Assembly: GCA_965248435.1 (NCBI GenBank)
Contig: OZ252100.1
Coordinates: 2,432,001 to 2,496,000 of the forward strand
Length of the DNA: 64,000 nt
Direction: 5' to 3'
DNA from: Candidatus Latescibacterota bacterium
GTDB taxonomy: Bacteria > Latescibacterota > UBA2968 > GCA-2709665
Shown here: positions 8,635 through 22,976 of the stretch, piece by piece
How positions within the stretch are numbered: position 1 is the first letter of the stretch
Layout: each line of letters begins with the position of its first letter
Translations under genes and position numbers: made by a program
Notes under the pieces: model-generated
The model's database searches: none
What the model saw: the letters and a program-made list of their open reading frames with translations, nothing else
What the model was told of the DNA's origin: nothing

Positions 8635-10896
8635 ATGATGAAGCAACCAAACGCTTTGCACAAATATGTGATTGCCTTATCGGGATTTCTCTTGGCTGTC
8701 GGCATTACTGCCCCCCATGCCCAGGATCTATCTGACCTGGATGCATTGCTCGAGACGCCGCTTTCAGAGCTGGTGGAAATAGACGTCTCGCTGGCGTCCG
8801 GAATAGAGGAGTCCATCTTCGACGCCCCGGCCGCAATGGTCGTGGTCACCGCCGAAGAAATCGAGCAGCGGGGCTACACGAACCTGGCGGAAATCATCGT
8901 GGATCTTCCCGGCTTCGATACCGTGCTCGCGAACGGAATACCGTATCTCTACGCCTACCAGCGCGGGTATCGCCATCCGTCTACCCAGCGGACGCTGCTC
9001 ATGATCAACGGCCACGTCGACAACCACCTGTGGACACACCAGGCTGTGTTCAGCCGTCGGTTTCCGCTTTCCAGCATCAAGAAGGTCGAGGTGCTCTACG
9101 GTCCCGCTTCCGCGATATATGGACCGAACGCGTTTCTGGGCATCGTCAACATCGTGACGTACGACGGAGAAGAAGTCAGGAACAAAGAGAACGCCAGCAA
9201 GATTACGATCCACGGGGGCAGCTACAGCTCGAGAGGCGTGGATGTCGCCGTGAGAGGAAAGATCGATGACGTCGCGTATTCCCTGTCGGGAAGGGTATTC
9301 AGAAGCGACGAGCCCGATCTGTCGGGCCGATTCGGGTTCATCGATCAGCGTCTCTACGCCGATCAGGATACCTGGGGGCCGCTGCTCGACGTCGAGCACC
9401 GAAATCGTCAATTCGGAACGTACTTCGACCCGACGGACGACAACGGCGTCCTGGCCAGCCTGCGGTACCGAGACCTGAAACTGGGATATGTCAGATGGGT
9501 CCGAAAGGAGGGCTACGGGCCGCATTACGTCGCAGATCGCGTCCAGAACAACGTGTTCTGGAACTCCTCCGGGACACAGATCTACCTGGAATCGGAGAGG
9601 CAGGTGATCGATCAGCTGAAGAGCAGATCGCTGCTTTCGTTCCGGAAGAGCCGCACGTGGGGCGGGTGGCCCGAAGCACTGCCGGATTTTAACCCGGGAA
9701 TGGATCACCTCTCATTCATCAGCTTCACGCAGTGGAATTCGATCAGCAACAGCTGGTTGTTCAAACAGCAGTTCGAGGTTTCGCTGCAGGATGTTCTGTT
9801 TACGGGTGGGTTCAAATTCGAGCGGAAGGAACTCACCAAGGCGTATGACATTCCCGGGTACTGGGGCGCTTTCAGCTCAAGCGTGCCGTCAACTGACCCC
9901 GGTCCACACGGTTTCGGTGCGGGCATCTTTCACAGCACGGACGACGTTTACACGACTCCCCCGCTCCACAACCCGGAGATGCCGCCGAACAACCTGGCCA
10001 TCACCGAGGATGTCGGCGGGTTCGTACAGGGGATCTTCGATGCGAACCCGTTCCGTTTCAATGCGGGTATCCGCTACGACCACAATTCCCTTTACGGTCG
10101 CTCCGTAAATCCCAGGGTGTCCGCTGTATATAAGTTTTCGTCCCGAAGCGCGCTGAAGCTGCTCTACGGAGAGGCGTTCCAGGAGCCGGCGCCGATACAG
10201 GTATGGGGGGGCTGGAACGGACGACTGTCCAATCCGGACCTCAGACCGGAAAAGGCACGGAATGCCGAAGTCATCGCCATGGTCCACACGGGGCGGTTCT
10301 TCCACGATGTCTCACTTTACTTTTCTCACTACGACAACGTGATCAAGGAGGAAGCGGAGAATGCGGGAAGCCGGGACATCTGGGGCATCGAATACAGAGG
10401 CAGGTTCACGTTTCCGAATTTCATCTCTAGTGCGCCGGACATGTCCGGGTTCTTCTACTACACGTTTACAGACGTCACGAGCAGTATCCACTTCAATCAC
10501 GATTCCGGACAGTGGGAAGACGGGGACACAGAGTTGGGGGATATCGCACCTCACAAGGTCAACATCGGTGTTAATCTTCCAGCCCGGAGAAACTGGAACC
10601 TGAACTTGAGGGGAAATTTTGTGAGCCGCCGCAAACTGTATTCACAGAATCCTCTAAGGGCTCAGGACAAGACGATAGACCCATACTTCGTCCTCAACAG
10701 CGCATTGAGCTATAAGTACGCCCCCTTTACAGCTACGGCCAAAGTCCTGAATCTGTTCGACAACGATTACTTTCACCCCGGTGTGGAGCAGGCTGACAGC
10801 GGGGACGATTTTACGAAAAGAAGCCTGGGGTTTCGGAATTCCCTCATCCCCCAGCCCAAACGGTCGTTCGTGTTCCGCGTGAGCATAGAATACTAG
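8635..10896 (+). CDS. TonB-dependent receptor
   Basis: Signal peptide; plug motifs APAAMVVVTAEEI and VEVLYGPASAIYG; NPDLRPE; NLFD; C-terminal aromatic residue; RBS GGAGG. Confidence 0.92.
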   Translation: MMKQPNALHKYVIALSGFLLAVGITAPHAQDLSDLDALLETPLSELVEIDVSLASGIEESIFDAPAAMVVVTAEEIEQRGYTNLAEIIVDLPGFDTVLANGIPYLYAYQRGYRHPSTQRTLLMINGHVDNHLWTHQAVFSRRFPLSSIKKVEVLYGPASAIYGPNAFLGIVNIVTYDGEEVRNKENASKITIHGGSYSSRGVDVAVRGKIDDVAYSLSGRVFRSDEPDLSGRFGFIDQRLYADQDTWGPLLDVEHRNRQFGTYFDPTDDNGVLASLRYRDLKLGYVRWVRKEGYGPHYVADRVQNNVFWNSSGTQIYLESERQVIDQLKSRSLLSFRKSRTWGGWPEALPDFNPGMDHLSFISFTQWNSISNSWLFKQQFEVSLQDVLFTGGFKFERKELTKAYDIPGYWGAFSSSVPSTDPGPHGFGAGIFHSTDDVYTTPPLHNPEMPPNNLAITEDVGGFVQGIFDANPFRFNAGIRYDHNSLYGRSVNPRVSAVYKFSSRSALKLLYGEAFQEPAPIQVWGGWNGRLSNPDLRPEKARNAEVIAMVHTGRFFHDVSLYFSHYDNVIKEEAENAGSRDIWGIEYRGRFTFPNFISSAPDMSGFFYYTFTDVTSSIHFNHDSGQWEDGDTELGDIAPHKVNIGVNLPARRNWNLNLRGNFVSRRKLYSQNPLRAQDKTIDPYFVLNSALSYKYAPFTATAKVLNLFDNDYFHPGVEQADSGDDFTKRSLGFRNSLIPQPKRSFVFRVSIEY

Positions 10897-10922
10897 GGCG
10901 ATGTCCAAACAGGAACTGCTGA

Positions 10923-13900
10923 ATGGATAAGCCACTCATCGACATTTTGTGGGTAACGGTTTGTACGAGCCTTGTATTCCTCATGCAGGGTGGATTCCTG
11001 TGCCTGGAAACCGGACTCACGCGCAGCAAGAACAACATCAACGTGGCCATAAAAAACCTGACCGACCTGGGCATCTCCATCGTCCTGTTCTGGGCACTCG
11101 GTTATGGACTCATGTTCGGTGATTCAAAGGGTGGGTGGATCGGGTCAACCGCATTCATACCGGACCTCGGCCGTGGAGACACCTGGTCTTCCGTCTTCCT
11201 CCTCTTCGCGGCCATGTTCTGTGGCACAGCGGTAACCATCGTTTCCGGGGCCGTCGCGGAGCGCCTCCGGTTTGCCGGTTACCTGATGATCGCAGCCCTG
11301 GCGTCAAGCCTGGTCTATCCGGTCTTCGGCCATTGGGTCTGGAACGGCGTCGACTCAGGAACGGCAACGGGATGGCTTGGCGCGAGAGGGTTCGTCGATT
11401 TCGCCGGCACCTCGGTCGTTCACAGCGTGGGAGGTTGGATCTCTCTCGCCATCCTGGTCATAATCGGTCCCCGCAGCGGCCGTTTCCCCAAAGACGGGCC
11501 GCCCCAGAAGATTCACGGAGCCAACCTGCCGATCGCGACGTTGGGGGTGCTCCTGTTATGGCTCGGCTGGTTCGGTTTCAACGGCGGCAGCACGCTCGCG
11601 ATGAACGATCAGGTCCCGGGAATCATTGCCAATACGGTGTTTTCCGGCGCCGCTGGACTGGTCGCCGGAGTCGCGATAGGCTGGGTCGTGAGGGGGCGGC
11701 CGGACGTCGACCTCGTGATCAACGGTTCTCTGGCGGGCCTGGTCGCGATTACTGCGAGCGCTCACGCAGTGACCACGCTATCTGCCGTGGTCATCGGTGC
11801 CCTTGGGGGGGTCGTGATGGTCGGCGTCGACCACTTGCTGGTTCGCTTCCGGATCGATGACGCCGTCGGCGCAATCCCCGTCCACCTGGGGGCCGGAATC
11901 TGGGGCACCCTGGCTGTGGCCATATTTGGCCAGCCCGATCTTCTTGCTACAGGCCTTCCTTTCTGGGAACAGCTCCAGATACAGATCCTGGGCATCGTGG
12001 TCTGTGCCGCCTGGACCTTCGGCCTGGTCTACATCGTGTTCTATCTGATCAATCGCCTGTTCCAACTCCGCGTGAGCTCTGAGGATGAACATATCGGACT
12101 CAACGTCTCCGAACACGGCGCAACGACCGACCTCCTCGACCTGTTCACGGTGATGGACAGTCAGTCGAAGACGGGAGACTTGAACCTGCGTGCCCCGGTC
12201 GAACCGTTCACGGAAGTCGGCCAGATTGCCGAACGCTACAATCAGGTCATGGAAGCGTTGGAGAGGGTCACTGCCAGGACAGAGGCCATCGTGAGAAGTG
12301 CCATGGATGGCGTGGTGACATTCGCGAAAGATTCGCTTTCCGTCTTCACGCTCAATCCTGCGGCTGAGGCCATCTTCGGATACCGGGAGGCCCAGATCTC
12401 TCATCAGCCATTGACGAAGCTCTTCGAGTCAACCGATCAAAGTTCAGATGTCGCTGGATCTGAGCAGATCGCGTCAACGATCTCCGAGATGGATACAGGC
12501 GAGACCCATCACGAATACACGGGCAGGCGTTCAGATGGCTCGACGTTTCCGATGGAGGTCACCGTGACAGAGGCGGAAACGGCCCGGGACCAGTTTTACG
12601 TAGGGACATTTCGGGATATTACAGATCGAAAACGGGCTGAAGTCGAGTTACAACGGGCAAAAGAGTTGGCCGAAGCCGCGAACACCGCCAAGAGTCTCTT
12701 TCTTGCGAACATGAGTCACGAAATCCGGACGCCCATGAACGCAATCCTGGGCTATGCCCAGATCCTTAGAGACGATCCGGAGCTGCCTAAACAGCAGCGG
12801 CAGGCAGTTGAAACCATCAAGACGAGCGAGGAGCATCTCCTGGGACTGATCAACGATGTTCTGGACATTTCCAAGATCGAGGCTGGACGCCAGGTACTCA
12901 ACGCGGCCGATTTTGATCTACGGGACTTTCTGCAGGGCCTCGGAGCGATGTTCGAGGTACGCTGCTGGGAAAAAGACCTCCGCTGGGTTCTGGCAGCAGA
13001 CGTCCCAGATGGTCTTGTGAACGGCGACGGGAACAAGCTTGGGCAGGTACTGATCAATCTGCTCGGAAATGCGGTAAAGTTCACCCAACAGGGGGAAGTT
13101 TTACTGCGGGTGGAAGCACGCGACGACGACCACTACTACTTCCAGGTCTCTGACACAGGGCCGGGAATTGCTGCAGAGCAGCAAGCCGCCGTTTTCGAAC
13201 CCTTTCAACAAGATGGAACTTCGCACGAAGGCACGGGACTGGGGTTGGCCATCTCCCGCCAGCTCGTCGAGCTGATGGATGGGCAGCTGACGTTGAAGTC
13301 CGCACTCGGAGAAGGTTCCCGATTCTCCTTCGTCCTGCGACTTCCGCGTGGACAGTCCCCGCACAATGAAGAGGCGAGTCTGAATTTGTCCAGGGTTACA
13401 CACCTGGCCGACGGCTTTTCCGCTCGCGCGCTTGTTGTGGATGACGTCGAAAGCAGCCGAGATATTCTTTCAAAGGTGCTGACCAGAATCGGTGTCGAAG
13501 TGGAAACGGTCGAAACCGGGATCCACGCGATCGAGCGATTTCGACAACGTCCACCCGACATCGTCTTTATGGACATCCGCATGCCGGAAATGGATGGCAC
13601 CGAAACGATGCGGCGTCTGGTCGCGGAACACGGTCCCGACGCGATGGCCATCGTGGCAGTAACCGCTTCGGTCTTCGAACACGAGCGCCAACACTATTTG
13701 GAGGCAGGGTTTGACGACTTCATCGGCAAGCCGATCCGTGTCGAACAGATCTATGCCTGCCTGTCGGAGCTGCTCGGCGTCGAGTTCACCTACGGTCCCG
13801 GTCCGGAAAAGCCGGATGAGTCGCCCCTCGACCTGAGCCAGGTCGTCCTGCCCGAAGCGCTTTACGACGCTATCAAACAAGGAGCAGAAAGTCACAGCGT

Positions 13901-14042
13901 GACCGAACTCAGAAAATGTATTGACCAACTCGAAACCCTGGATGCACCAGGACCGAAACTGGCCGCCCGTCTGCGCCAGTTGATCCAGAAATTCGACATA
14001 GCCAGCATCGCCACCCTGATGAATGAGGTTGGGTATGAATAG
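10923..14042 (+). CDS. Ammonium transporter fused to PAS, histidine kinase and receiver domains
   Basis: Amt motifs FLMQGGF..LE.G, SGAVAER, DFAG...VH, WFGFNGGS, DDAVGAIPVH; PAS; H-box [12 protein letters not shown]; N/G boxes; REC FMDIRMP. Confidence 0.93.
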   Translation: MDKPLIDILWVTVCTSLVFLMQGGFLCLETGLTRSKNNINVAIKNLTDLGISIVLFWALGYGLMFGDSKGGWIGSTAFIPDLGRGDTWSSVFLLFAAMFCGTAVTIVSGAVAERLRFAGYLMIAALASSLVYPVFGHWVWNGVDSGTATGWLGARGFVDFAGTSVVHSVGGWISLAILVIIGPRSGRFPKDGPPQKIHGANLPIATLGVLLLWLGWFGFNGGSTLAMNDQVPGIIANTVFSGAAGLVAGVAIGWVVRGRPDVDLVINGSLAGLVAITASAHAVTTLSAVVIGALGGVVMVGVDHLLVRFRIDDAVGAIPVHLGAGIWGTLAVAIFGQPDLLATGLPFWEQLQIQILGIVVCAAWTFGLVYIVFYLINRLFQLRVSSEDEHIGLNVSEHGATTDLLDLFTVMDSQSKTGDLNLRAPVEPFTEVGQIAERYNQVMEALERVTARTEAIVRSAMDGVVTFAKDSLSVFTLNPAAEAIFGYREAQISHQPLTKLFESTDQSSDVAGSEQIASTISEMDTGETHHEYTGRRSDGSTFPMEVTVTEAETARDQFYVGTFRDITDRKRAEVELQRAKELAEAANTAKSLFLANMSHEIRTPMNAILGYAQILRDDPELPKQQRQAVETIKTSEEHLLGLINDVLDISKIEAGRQVLNAADFDLRDFLQGLGAMFEVRCWEKDLRWVLAADVPDGLVNGDGNKLGQVLINLLGNAVKFTQQGEVLLRVEARDDDHYYFQVSDTGPGIAAEQQAAVFEPFQQDGTSHEGTGLGLAISRQLVELMDGQLTLKSALGEGSRFSFVLRLPRGQSPHNEEASLNLSRVTHLADGFSARALVVDDVESSRDILSKVLTRIGVEVETVETGIHAIERFRQRPPDIVFMDIRMPEMDGTETMRRLVAEHGPDAMAIVAVTASVFEHERQHYLEAGFDDFIGKPIRVEQIYACLSELLGVEFTYGPGPEKPDESPLDLSQVVLPEALYDAIKQGAESHSVTELRKCIDQLETLDAPGPKLAARLRQLIQKFDIASIATLMNEVGYE

Positions 14043-15183
14043 GTCCCAGATCGACCTGGCCGGCGGCAAAGTGCTTGTCGTCGACGACGTACCCGCAAAC
14101 ATCGATGTGCTTCGGGACGCTCTCGAAGAATGCGGCGCCAACGTGTTCGCGGCCACGAGCGGTGAGGTCGCCCTGAAGGTCGTAGAACGGTCTCTTCCGG
14201 ATCTGATCCTGCTGGACGTGATGATGCCCGGCCTGGATGGATTCGAAACGTGTGATCGTCTCAAGGCGAGGGCCGGGACGCAAGACATTCCGGTGATCTT
14301 TCTCACCGCCAGAGGGGAAATGGAAGACATCGTCGAGGGATTCGAGCGGGGCGCGGTAGACTATGTGACAAAGCCCTTCAACACTACCGAATTGCTTGCC
14401 AGAGTCAACACCCATCTGACAATCTACCGCCTTCAGATGGCGCTGGAAGAGCACGCGGACAATATCGCCCGGATGTACCGAGAACAGGAGTCCTTTTTGC
14501 GGCACGAACTCAGAAATCGGCTCGGATGCGTGATGGGCTACACAGATATGGTCTTGATGGAGGAGAGTCTGAACGAGCGTTTGCGAGGCTGGATGACGTC
14601 GGTTCAGGAAGCCACAGTGAATACATCTGAACTGATCGACTCGATGCAGAGCCTTCAGGAGTTCGAGACCGGCGAGTTCGAGCTGAGGACAAACCCGCTC
14701 GAGCTGGACCCGCTCGTAAAGCAGGTGGTTTTGGACCTGGAGACGATGCTCGGAGACCGCGTGAAGATCGAGTACGAGAATGGCGTGGCGGATTCAGCTA
14801 TACAGGGAAACGCCAATCTCCTGAAGGGCGTTTTCCAAAACCTGATAAAGAATGCGGTCGAACACGTCGCCGAGCTAGGTGACGCCCAGCAGCGTATCGT
14901 CAGGGTCAATCTGGCGACAGAAAACAGAAAAGCGGTCATCAAAGTCAACAACCAGGGAGAGCCGGTCCCGCCTGAGAAATTGGCATTGTTCTTCGAGAAA
15001 TTCAACTCCACCCGACGCAGAAAAGGCGGTACCGGGCTGGGAACGACGTACGCCTACCTCGTGACCAAGGCGCACGGAGGCCAAATTTCGGTCGCGTCTG
15101 ACAGGAGCCAAGGCACGACGGTCACGGTTGAACTCCCGATGAACGCCACCTCTAGCGCAAGTCCAGATGTCATAGATCCATGA
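14035..15183 (+). CDS. Receiver-histidine kinase hybrid
   Basis: REC (VVDD, LLDVMMP, KPF); H-box FLRHELRN; NLIKNA; GGTGLG. Confidence 0.9.
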   Translation: MNRSQIDLAGGKVLVVDDVPANIDVLRDALEECGANVFAATSGEVALKVVERSLPDLILLDVMMPGLDGFETCDRLKARAGTQDIPVIFLTARGEMEDIVEGFERGAVDYVTKPFNTTELLARVNTHLTIYRLQMALEEHADNIARMYREQESFLRHELRNRLGCVMGYTDMVLMEESLNERLRGWMTSVQEATVNTSELIDSMQSLQEFETGEFELRTNPLELDPLVKQVVLDLETMLGDRVKIEYENGVADSAIQGNANLLKGVFQNLIKNAVEHVAELGDAQQRIVRVNLATENRKAVIKVNNQGEPVPPEKLALFFEKFNSTRRRKGGTGLGTTYAYLVTKAHGGQISVASDRSQGTTVTVELPMNATSSASPDVIDP

Positions 15184-15728
15184 AATCCCAGGTGCACAAG
15201 AAAATACTCATCGGTCTCCTCTGCCTGAGCTCGCTCGCGGTTCCTGCGGGCGCAGAAGACGTCGATCTGCTGACCAACTTCAAGGCGGTCTTCGTTTACA
15301 ACTTCCTTGACTATGTACACTGGCCCGAGGGAGATGGGACTGAGGTGATCAAGATTGGCATTCTAGGCGACAGCCCTCTGGAAGAGCCGCTTCGAAAAAT
15401 CGCTGAGAGAAAGAGCACCGAGAAGAGAAAAATCCGAGTCGCGGTGAGGAAGGACGTTGAAGACTTGGGAGACTGCCACGTCCTGTTCATCCCCTCAGGC
15501 CAGGTCGGACGGCTAAAGGAGATCAAGGCATATCTGATCGACCAGAGCGTCCTCACGGTCACCGACACTCCCGGACTCGCAAACCGAGGCGTAGCTATCA
15601 ACTTTATCCTGGTCAAAGGCAAGCTCAAATTCGAGATCAATCAGCAGGCGCTCCAGCGTGCCGGCCTGCGCGCGAGTGCCCAGCTTCTCAAACTTGCCAT
15701 TCTCGTCGAAGAAGAGGAGACGGGATAG
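15180..15728 (+). CDS. YfiR (DUF4154) family periplasmic protein
   Basis: Signal peptide; KAVFVYNF.DYV.WP, CHVLFI, LTVTD, FEIN and SAQLLKLA motifs. Confidence 0.9.
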   Translation: MKSQVHKKILIGLLCLSSLAVPAGAEDVDLLTNFKAVFVYNFLDYVHWPEGDGTEVIKIGILGDSPLEEPLRKIAERKSTEKRKIRVAVRKDVEDLGDCHVLFIPSGQVGRLKEIKAYLIDQSVLTVTDTPGLANRGVAINFILVKGKLKFEINQQALQRAGLRASAQLLKLAILVEEEETG

Positions 15729-15751
15729 ATTCGAGCCCGGTCGGATAAAAA

Positions 15752-17899
<2,148 letters not shown>

Positions 17900-17904
17900 G
17901 GGCC

Positions 17905-19890
<1,986 letters not shown>

Positions 19891-19927
19891 GGGACTGCAG
19901 GGCTGGATCACATCCGCAAATTCAAGA

Positions 19928-19960
19928 GGCCGTGGGAAGAAAATCCCACGGCCGTTTTTT
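19928..19960 (+). terminator. Intrinsic terminator of the signalling operon
   Basis: GGCCGTGGGA/TCCCACGGCC stem followed by T6. Confidence 0.85.
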
Positions 19961-19987
19961 GGTTGACGATTCGCCTGGGTTAAATGC

Positions 19988-20065
19988 GGGCAGGCACGGA
20001 GGCCTGTCCCTACAGTCGTAGATCGAGTGAATGTGTGACCGCAAGGGCAACCCCCCGTGGTTGCC
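19988..20065. repeat. Two GTAG-type REP-like palindromes
   Basis: Minus strand GTAGGGACAGGCCTCCGTGCCTGCCC; plus strand degenerate GCAAGGGCAACCCCCCGTGGTTGCC. Confidence 0.6.
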
Positions 20066-20103
20066 TGACATCACGATGGCCACAAGCGGTTCCTGGAGCC
20101 AGG

Positions 20104-20391
20104 CTAAGCGGCGTAGAGTCTTTTGACTTTCAGGTTGCCAGCATTCTGCTCCGCGACCCAGAGGTCATACTGGACCTGTTGGTTCAGCCAGCTTTCTGCG
20201 GAGGTACCGAACGCTTTTGCCAATCGAATAGCCATTTCCGGGCTGATTCCTGCTCGCCCATTGAGAATCGCCGAAAGTGTCTTGCGGCTCACTCCAAGGC
20301 CCTCCGCAGCCTCGGTTACAGTAATCTCCAGGGGCTCTATGCAGAGCTCTCGCAACACTTCCCCTGGATGAGGCGGATTGTGCATCTTCAT
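20104..20391 (-). CDS. higA: HigA antitoxin (HTH)
   Basis: [34 protein letters not shown]. Confidence 0.93.
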   Translation of the reverse strand: MKMHNPPHPGEVLRELCIEPLEITVTEAAEGLGVSRKTLSAILNGRAGISPEMAIRLAKAFGTSAESWLNQQVQYDLWVAEQNAGNLKVKRLYAA

Positions 20392-20669
20392 CAGTGATAG
20401 TCCTCCAGGTCTACGTCCTGCGCATCTGGACCTCGGAATCTGAAAGTGATTCTCCAGTTTCCTGAAACACGCACAGACCACGCTCCTCTTCTTTTTCCCC
20501 CCAGTTGGTGGAGGAAGAGGCCGGGCAGATCCATATCTTGTGGAGCCGTCGATGCATTCAGGCGACCGAGAACAATGCGGATACGGCCGGCTTGTTGTGC
20601 TTGAATTCCACGTGTGGTTCCTGTCCTGAAGAAACGCTCCAGGCCCCTGTGCTTAAAACTCTGAATCAC
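20391..20669 (-). CDS. higB: HigB (RelE-fold) toxin
   Basis: [29 protein letters not shown]. Confidence 0.93.
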   Translation of the reverse strand: MIQSFKHRGLERFFRTGTTRGIQAQQAGRIRIVLGRLNASTAPQDMDLPGLFLHQLGGKRRGAWSVRVSGNWRITFRFRGPDAQDVDLEDYH

Positions 20670-20800
20670 AAGGGAAATGTAACCTATAACGACACAGGTG
20701 TCAAGTCAGTGTTGGAGCTGGCTCTAAGCATCCAGTCGGACGCTGCCGGCTAAAGGTCAGATTCACCGCGTCGCGCTCACGAATTCAAGAGGCCGCACAA

Positions 20801-21290
20801 TTGCGGATTGAGGATTTGGGATTGCGGAATGAAAGGCAAAAGGGCGTGTTTTCGGAATCGGAAGATAAATGTGGTAGGAGCCAGCTCCTGCTGGCGAACC
20901 CCTGAATGGGGCTTTCGCATTCGAGGGCTTGCGGACGACGGCCTTTAGCCTCCGGCGGAGAGGCCAGTCCCCTCCTTGGAGGGGTGCCCCGAAGGGGCGG
21001 GGTGGGTGCAATCAGGATCTCTGAACAACATGCCTCCGGCGGCCTACTTTTCTTGTCACGCCACAAGAAAAGTAGGCAAAAGAAGGGCGCCGCTCAGGCG
21101 CCGCGGGGGCTTGGGCCGCGGCACCTTACCCTCAGTGCGAAGAACGGTGCGGCAAAAGGACTGAACTCCTCCCCTCACCTGATGCCCACCGCGGGACCCG
21201 CCCCCACTCCGCGAATTTCCATTCGCCCGCACCCCAACCCCCGCACCTCACCCGGTCCCACAGAGGGCCCCAACCCCCTAGGAGGAGAGA
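20801..21290. repeat. Cluster of small repeat elements (heptamer array, REP-like, G/C palindromes, MITE-like end)
   Basis: (TTGCGGA)-like x4; GTAGGAGCCAGCTCCTGCTGGCGAA; CCCCTCCTTGGAGGGG...; CTACTTTTCTTGT..ACAAGAAAAGTAG. Confidence 0.55.
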
Positions 21291-21510
21291 GCCACTGGTT
21301 GCAAGGAAGTCGCACACCGCGGCCCTGACATCTTCAATCGGTGCATTTCGTGAGTTCTACGGCACCTGCCTGCGAATTCTGCACATAGACCTTGTTACCT
21401 TAGCCCCAACATTTGACGAAGATCCTTTACAAAGGGGGGAGATTAGAGAGTACCCATCAGGGAATAGATTCTTCCCCCTTTGGAAAAGGGGGATTGAGGG
21501 GGATTTTTCC

Positions 21511-21888
21511 TTGTTGCGATACAACTACAATTTGAAGAAGAACGCAAGACAGTTGCGATCTAACATGACCGAAGCCGAGAAATTGCTCTGGTATCGACTA
21601 CGTAGAAGGCAAGTATTAGGTGTTCAATTCTACAGACAGAAACCGATCGGCAACTATATCGTTGACTTCTATGCCCCGAAACCGAAGCTCGTTATAGAGG
21701 TCGACGGATCCGATCATTTTGAAAAAGACCACGCGGAGAAAGATGCAAGGCGGGAGGGGTACTTGAGGGCACAAAACCTAGCTGTATTACGGTTCACGAA
21801 TCTGGAGGTTCTGCAGCAGACCGATGCAGTGATGAAAACAATTTTTCACAAAGTTCTTCAAACAATGGAAACAATCGTCCCTCTCTAG
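21511..21888 (+). CDS. DUF559 / Vsr-like endonuclease
   Basis: ARQLRSNMTEAEKLLW, FYRQKPIGNYIVDFY, IEVDG..H, VLRF.N. Confidence 0.9.
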   Translation: MLRYNYNLKKNARQLRSNMTEAEKLLWYRLRRRQVLGVQFYRQKPIGNYIVDFYAPKPKLVIEVDGSDHFEKDHAEKDARREGYLRAQNLAVLRFTNLEVLQQTDAVMKTIFHKVLQTMETIVPL

Positions 21889-21896
21889 ATTCTACA

Positions 21897-22943
21897 TCAT
21901 GCCCCTTTTCGCACCAAGCTGAACGTCGCGCTCTCGGTGTTGGAATCATCTGTTTCCACCTCGAAACTGCCGCCGTGCGCTTTGGCAACCAAAAACGTAT
22001 ACCCGCCCTTGGGTTCTGGAAGTTCCGACGCCGTTTTCTTGTAACTCACCTTAACGAGAATGCGACCACCCGCTTCCAGGAGACGGACCCGCACGGCACG
22101 GTCGGCGGTTTCCGTATGGGTGGAGGCCTCCTCCACGGCACGCTTCACGATCCCGTGGAAGACCCCCGTCAGCAGATCAGAATCCGCAGGCACCATCGGG
22201 TCGGCGAGTTCGTTCTGATAGAGGATGTTCGCCAGCGTCCCGAAGGCGAGCTCGAGATCGGCGATCACGCGGCGGACGAGCTGGTCCAGATGGACCGATT
22301 CCTTGCTGACGTGGTAATCTCCCTTGCCGAAGCTCATGAGACCCTTGAGGGTCCGCACGAGGTCTGCGAGCCCCTGTACGCCTTCGGCCACGCGCTCGAG
22401 ACTGGGGCTTGTCGCATCTCCCAGTTCTGTTCGCAGCTGTTCCATGGATCGGACGAGGGGTTCGATCCGATTCGTCAGCTCTCGATTCACGAAGAAGTCC
22501 TGCTCCTGTTTCAGCCGCTCGATCTCCCTGAGTCTCTGCTCCACCTCCATCTGCAGTCTGCGACGTGACACGTGTGCTTCAACGCGGACAAACAGCTCCG
22601 CCGCGTTGAACGGCTTCGTCACGTAGTCCACCACGCCCATCTCGAATCCTTTCACCACGTCCTCCGCCTCGGACTTGGCGGTCAGGAAAATCACCGGGAT
22701 GTCTGCCGTGTCGGGATTCGCCTTTATGCGTTTGCAGGTTTCGAATCCATCCATTTCCGGCATCATGATGTCTAACAGGATGAGGTCGGGTCGGACGCGC
22801 TCGAGGACTTCGAGCGCCTGTTTTCCGCTCTGGGCGATGTGGAGCATGTAGTCCGCCTGTTCCAGGATCGACCCGAGAACCTGGATGTTCTCGATCGTAT
22901 CGTCGACTACCAGAATCCGCGTGGCTCCATCCTTCTCTTCCAT
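21897..22943 (-). CDS. Response regulator with degenerate (pseudo)kinase C-terminus
   Basis: Intact REC; the H-box position reads FVNRELTN; no G-boxes. Confidence 0.8.
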   Translation of the reverse strand: MEEKDGATRILVVDDTIENIQVLGSILEQADYMLHIAQSGKQALEVLERVRPDLILLDIMMPEMDGFETCKRIKANPDTADIPVIFLTAKSEAEDVVKGFEMGVVDYVTKPFNAAELFVRVEAHVSRRRLQMEVEQRLREIERLKQEQDFFVNRELTNRIEPLVRSMEQLRTELGDATSPSLERVAEGVQGLADLVRTLKGLMSFGKGDYHVSKESVHLDQLVRRVIADLELAFGTLANILYQNELADPMVPADSDLLTGVFHGIVKRAVEEASTHTETADRAVRVRLLEAGGRILVKVSYKKTASELPEPKGGYTFLVAKAHGGSFEVETDDSNTESATFSLVRKGA

Positions 22944-22976
22944 ACCTGGAGTTCCCCTGCGAACGATCAGGTTTGC

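Noticed and set aside
20763-21328. Several short ORFs in the repeat patch
   Set aside because: Translations of palindromic repeats; no RBS or domain signal.
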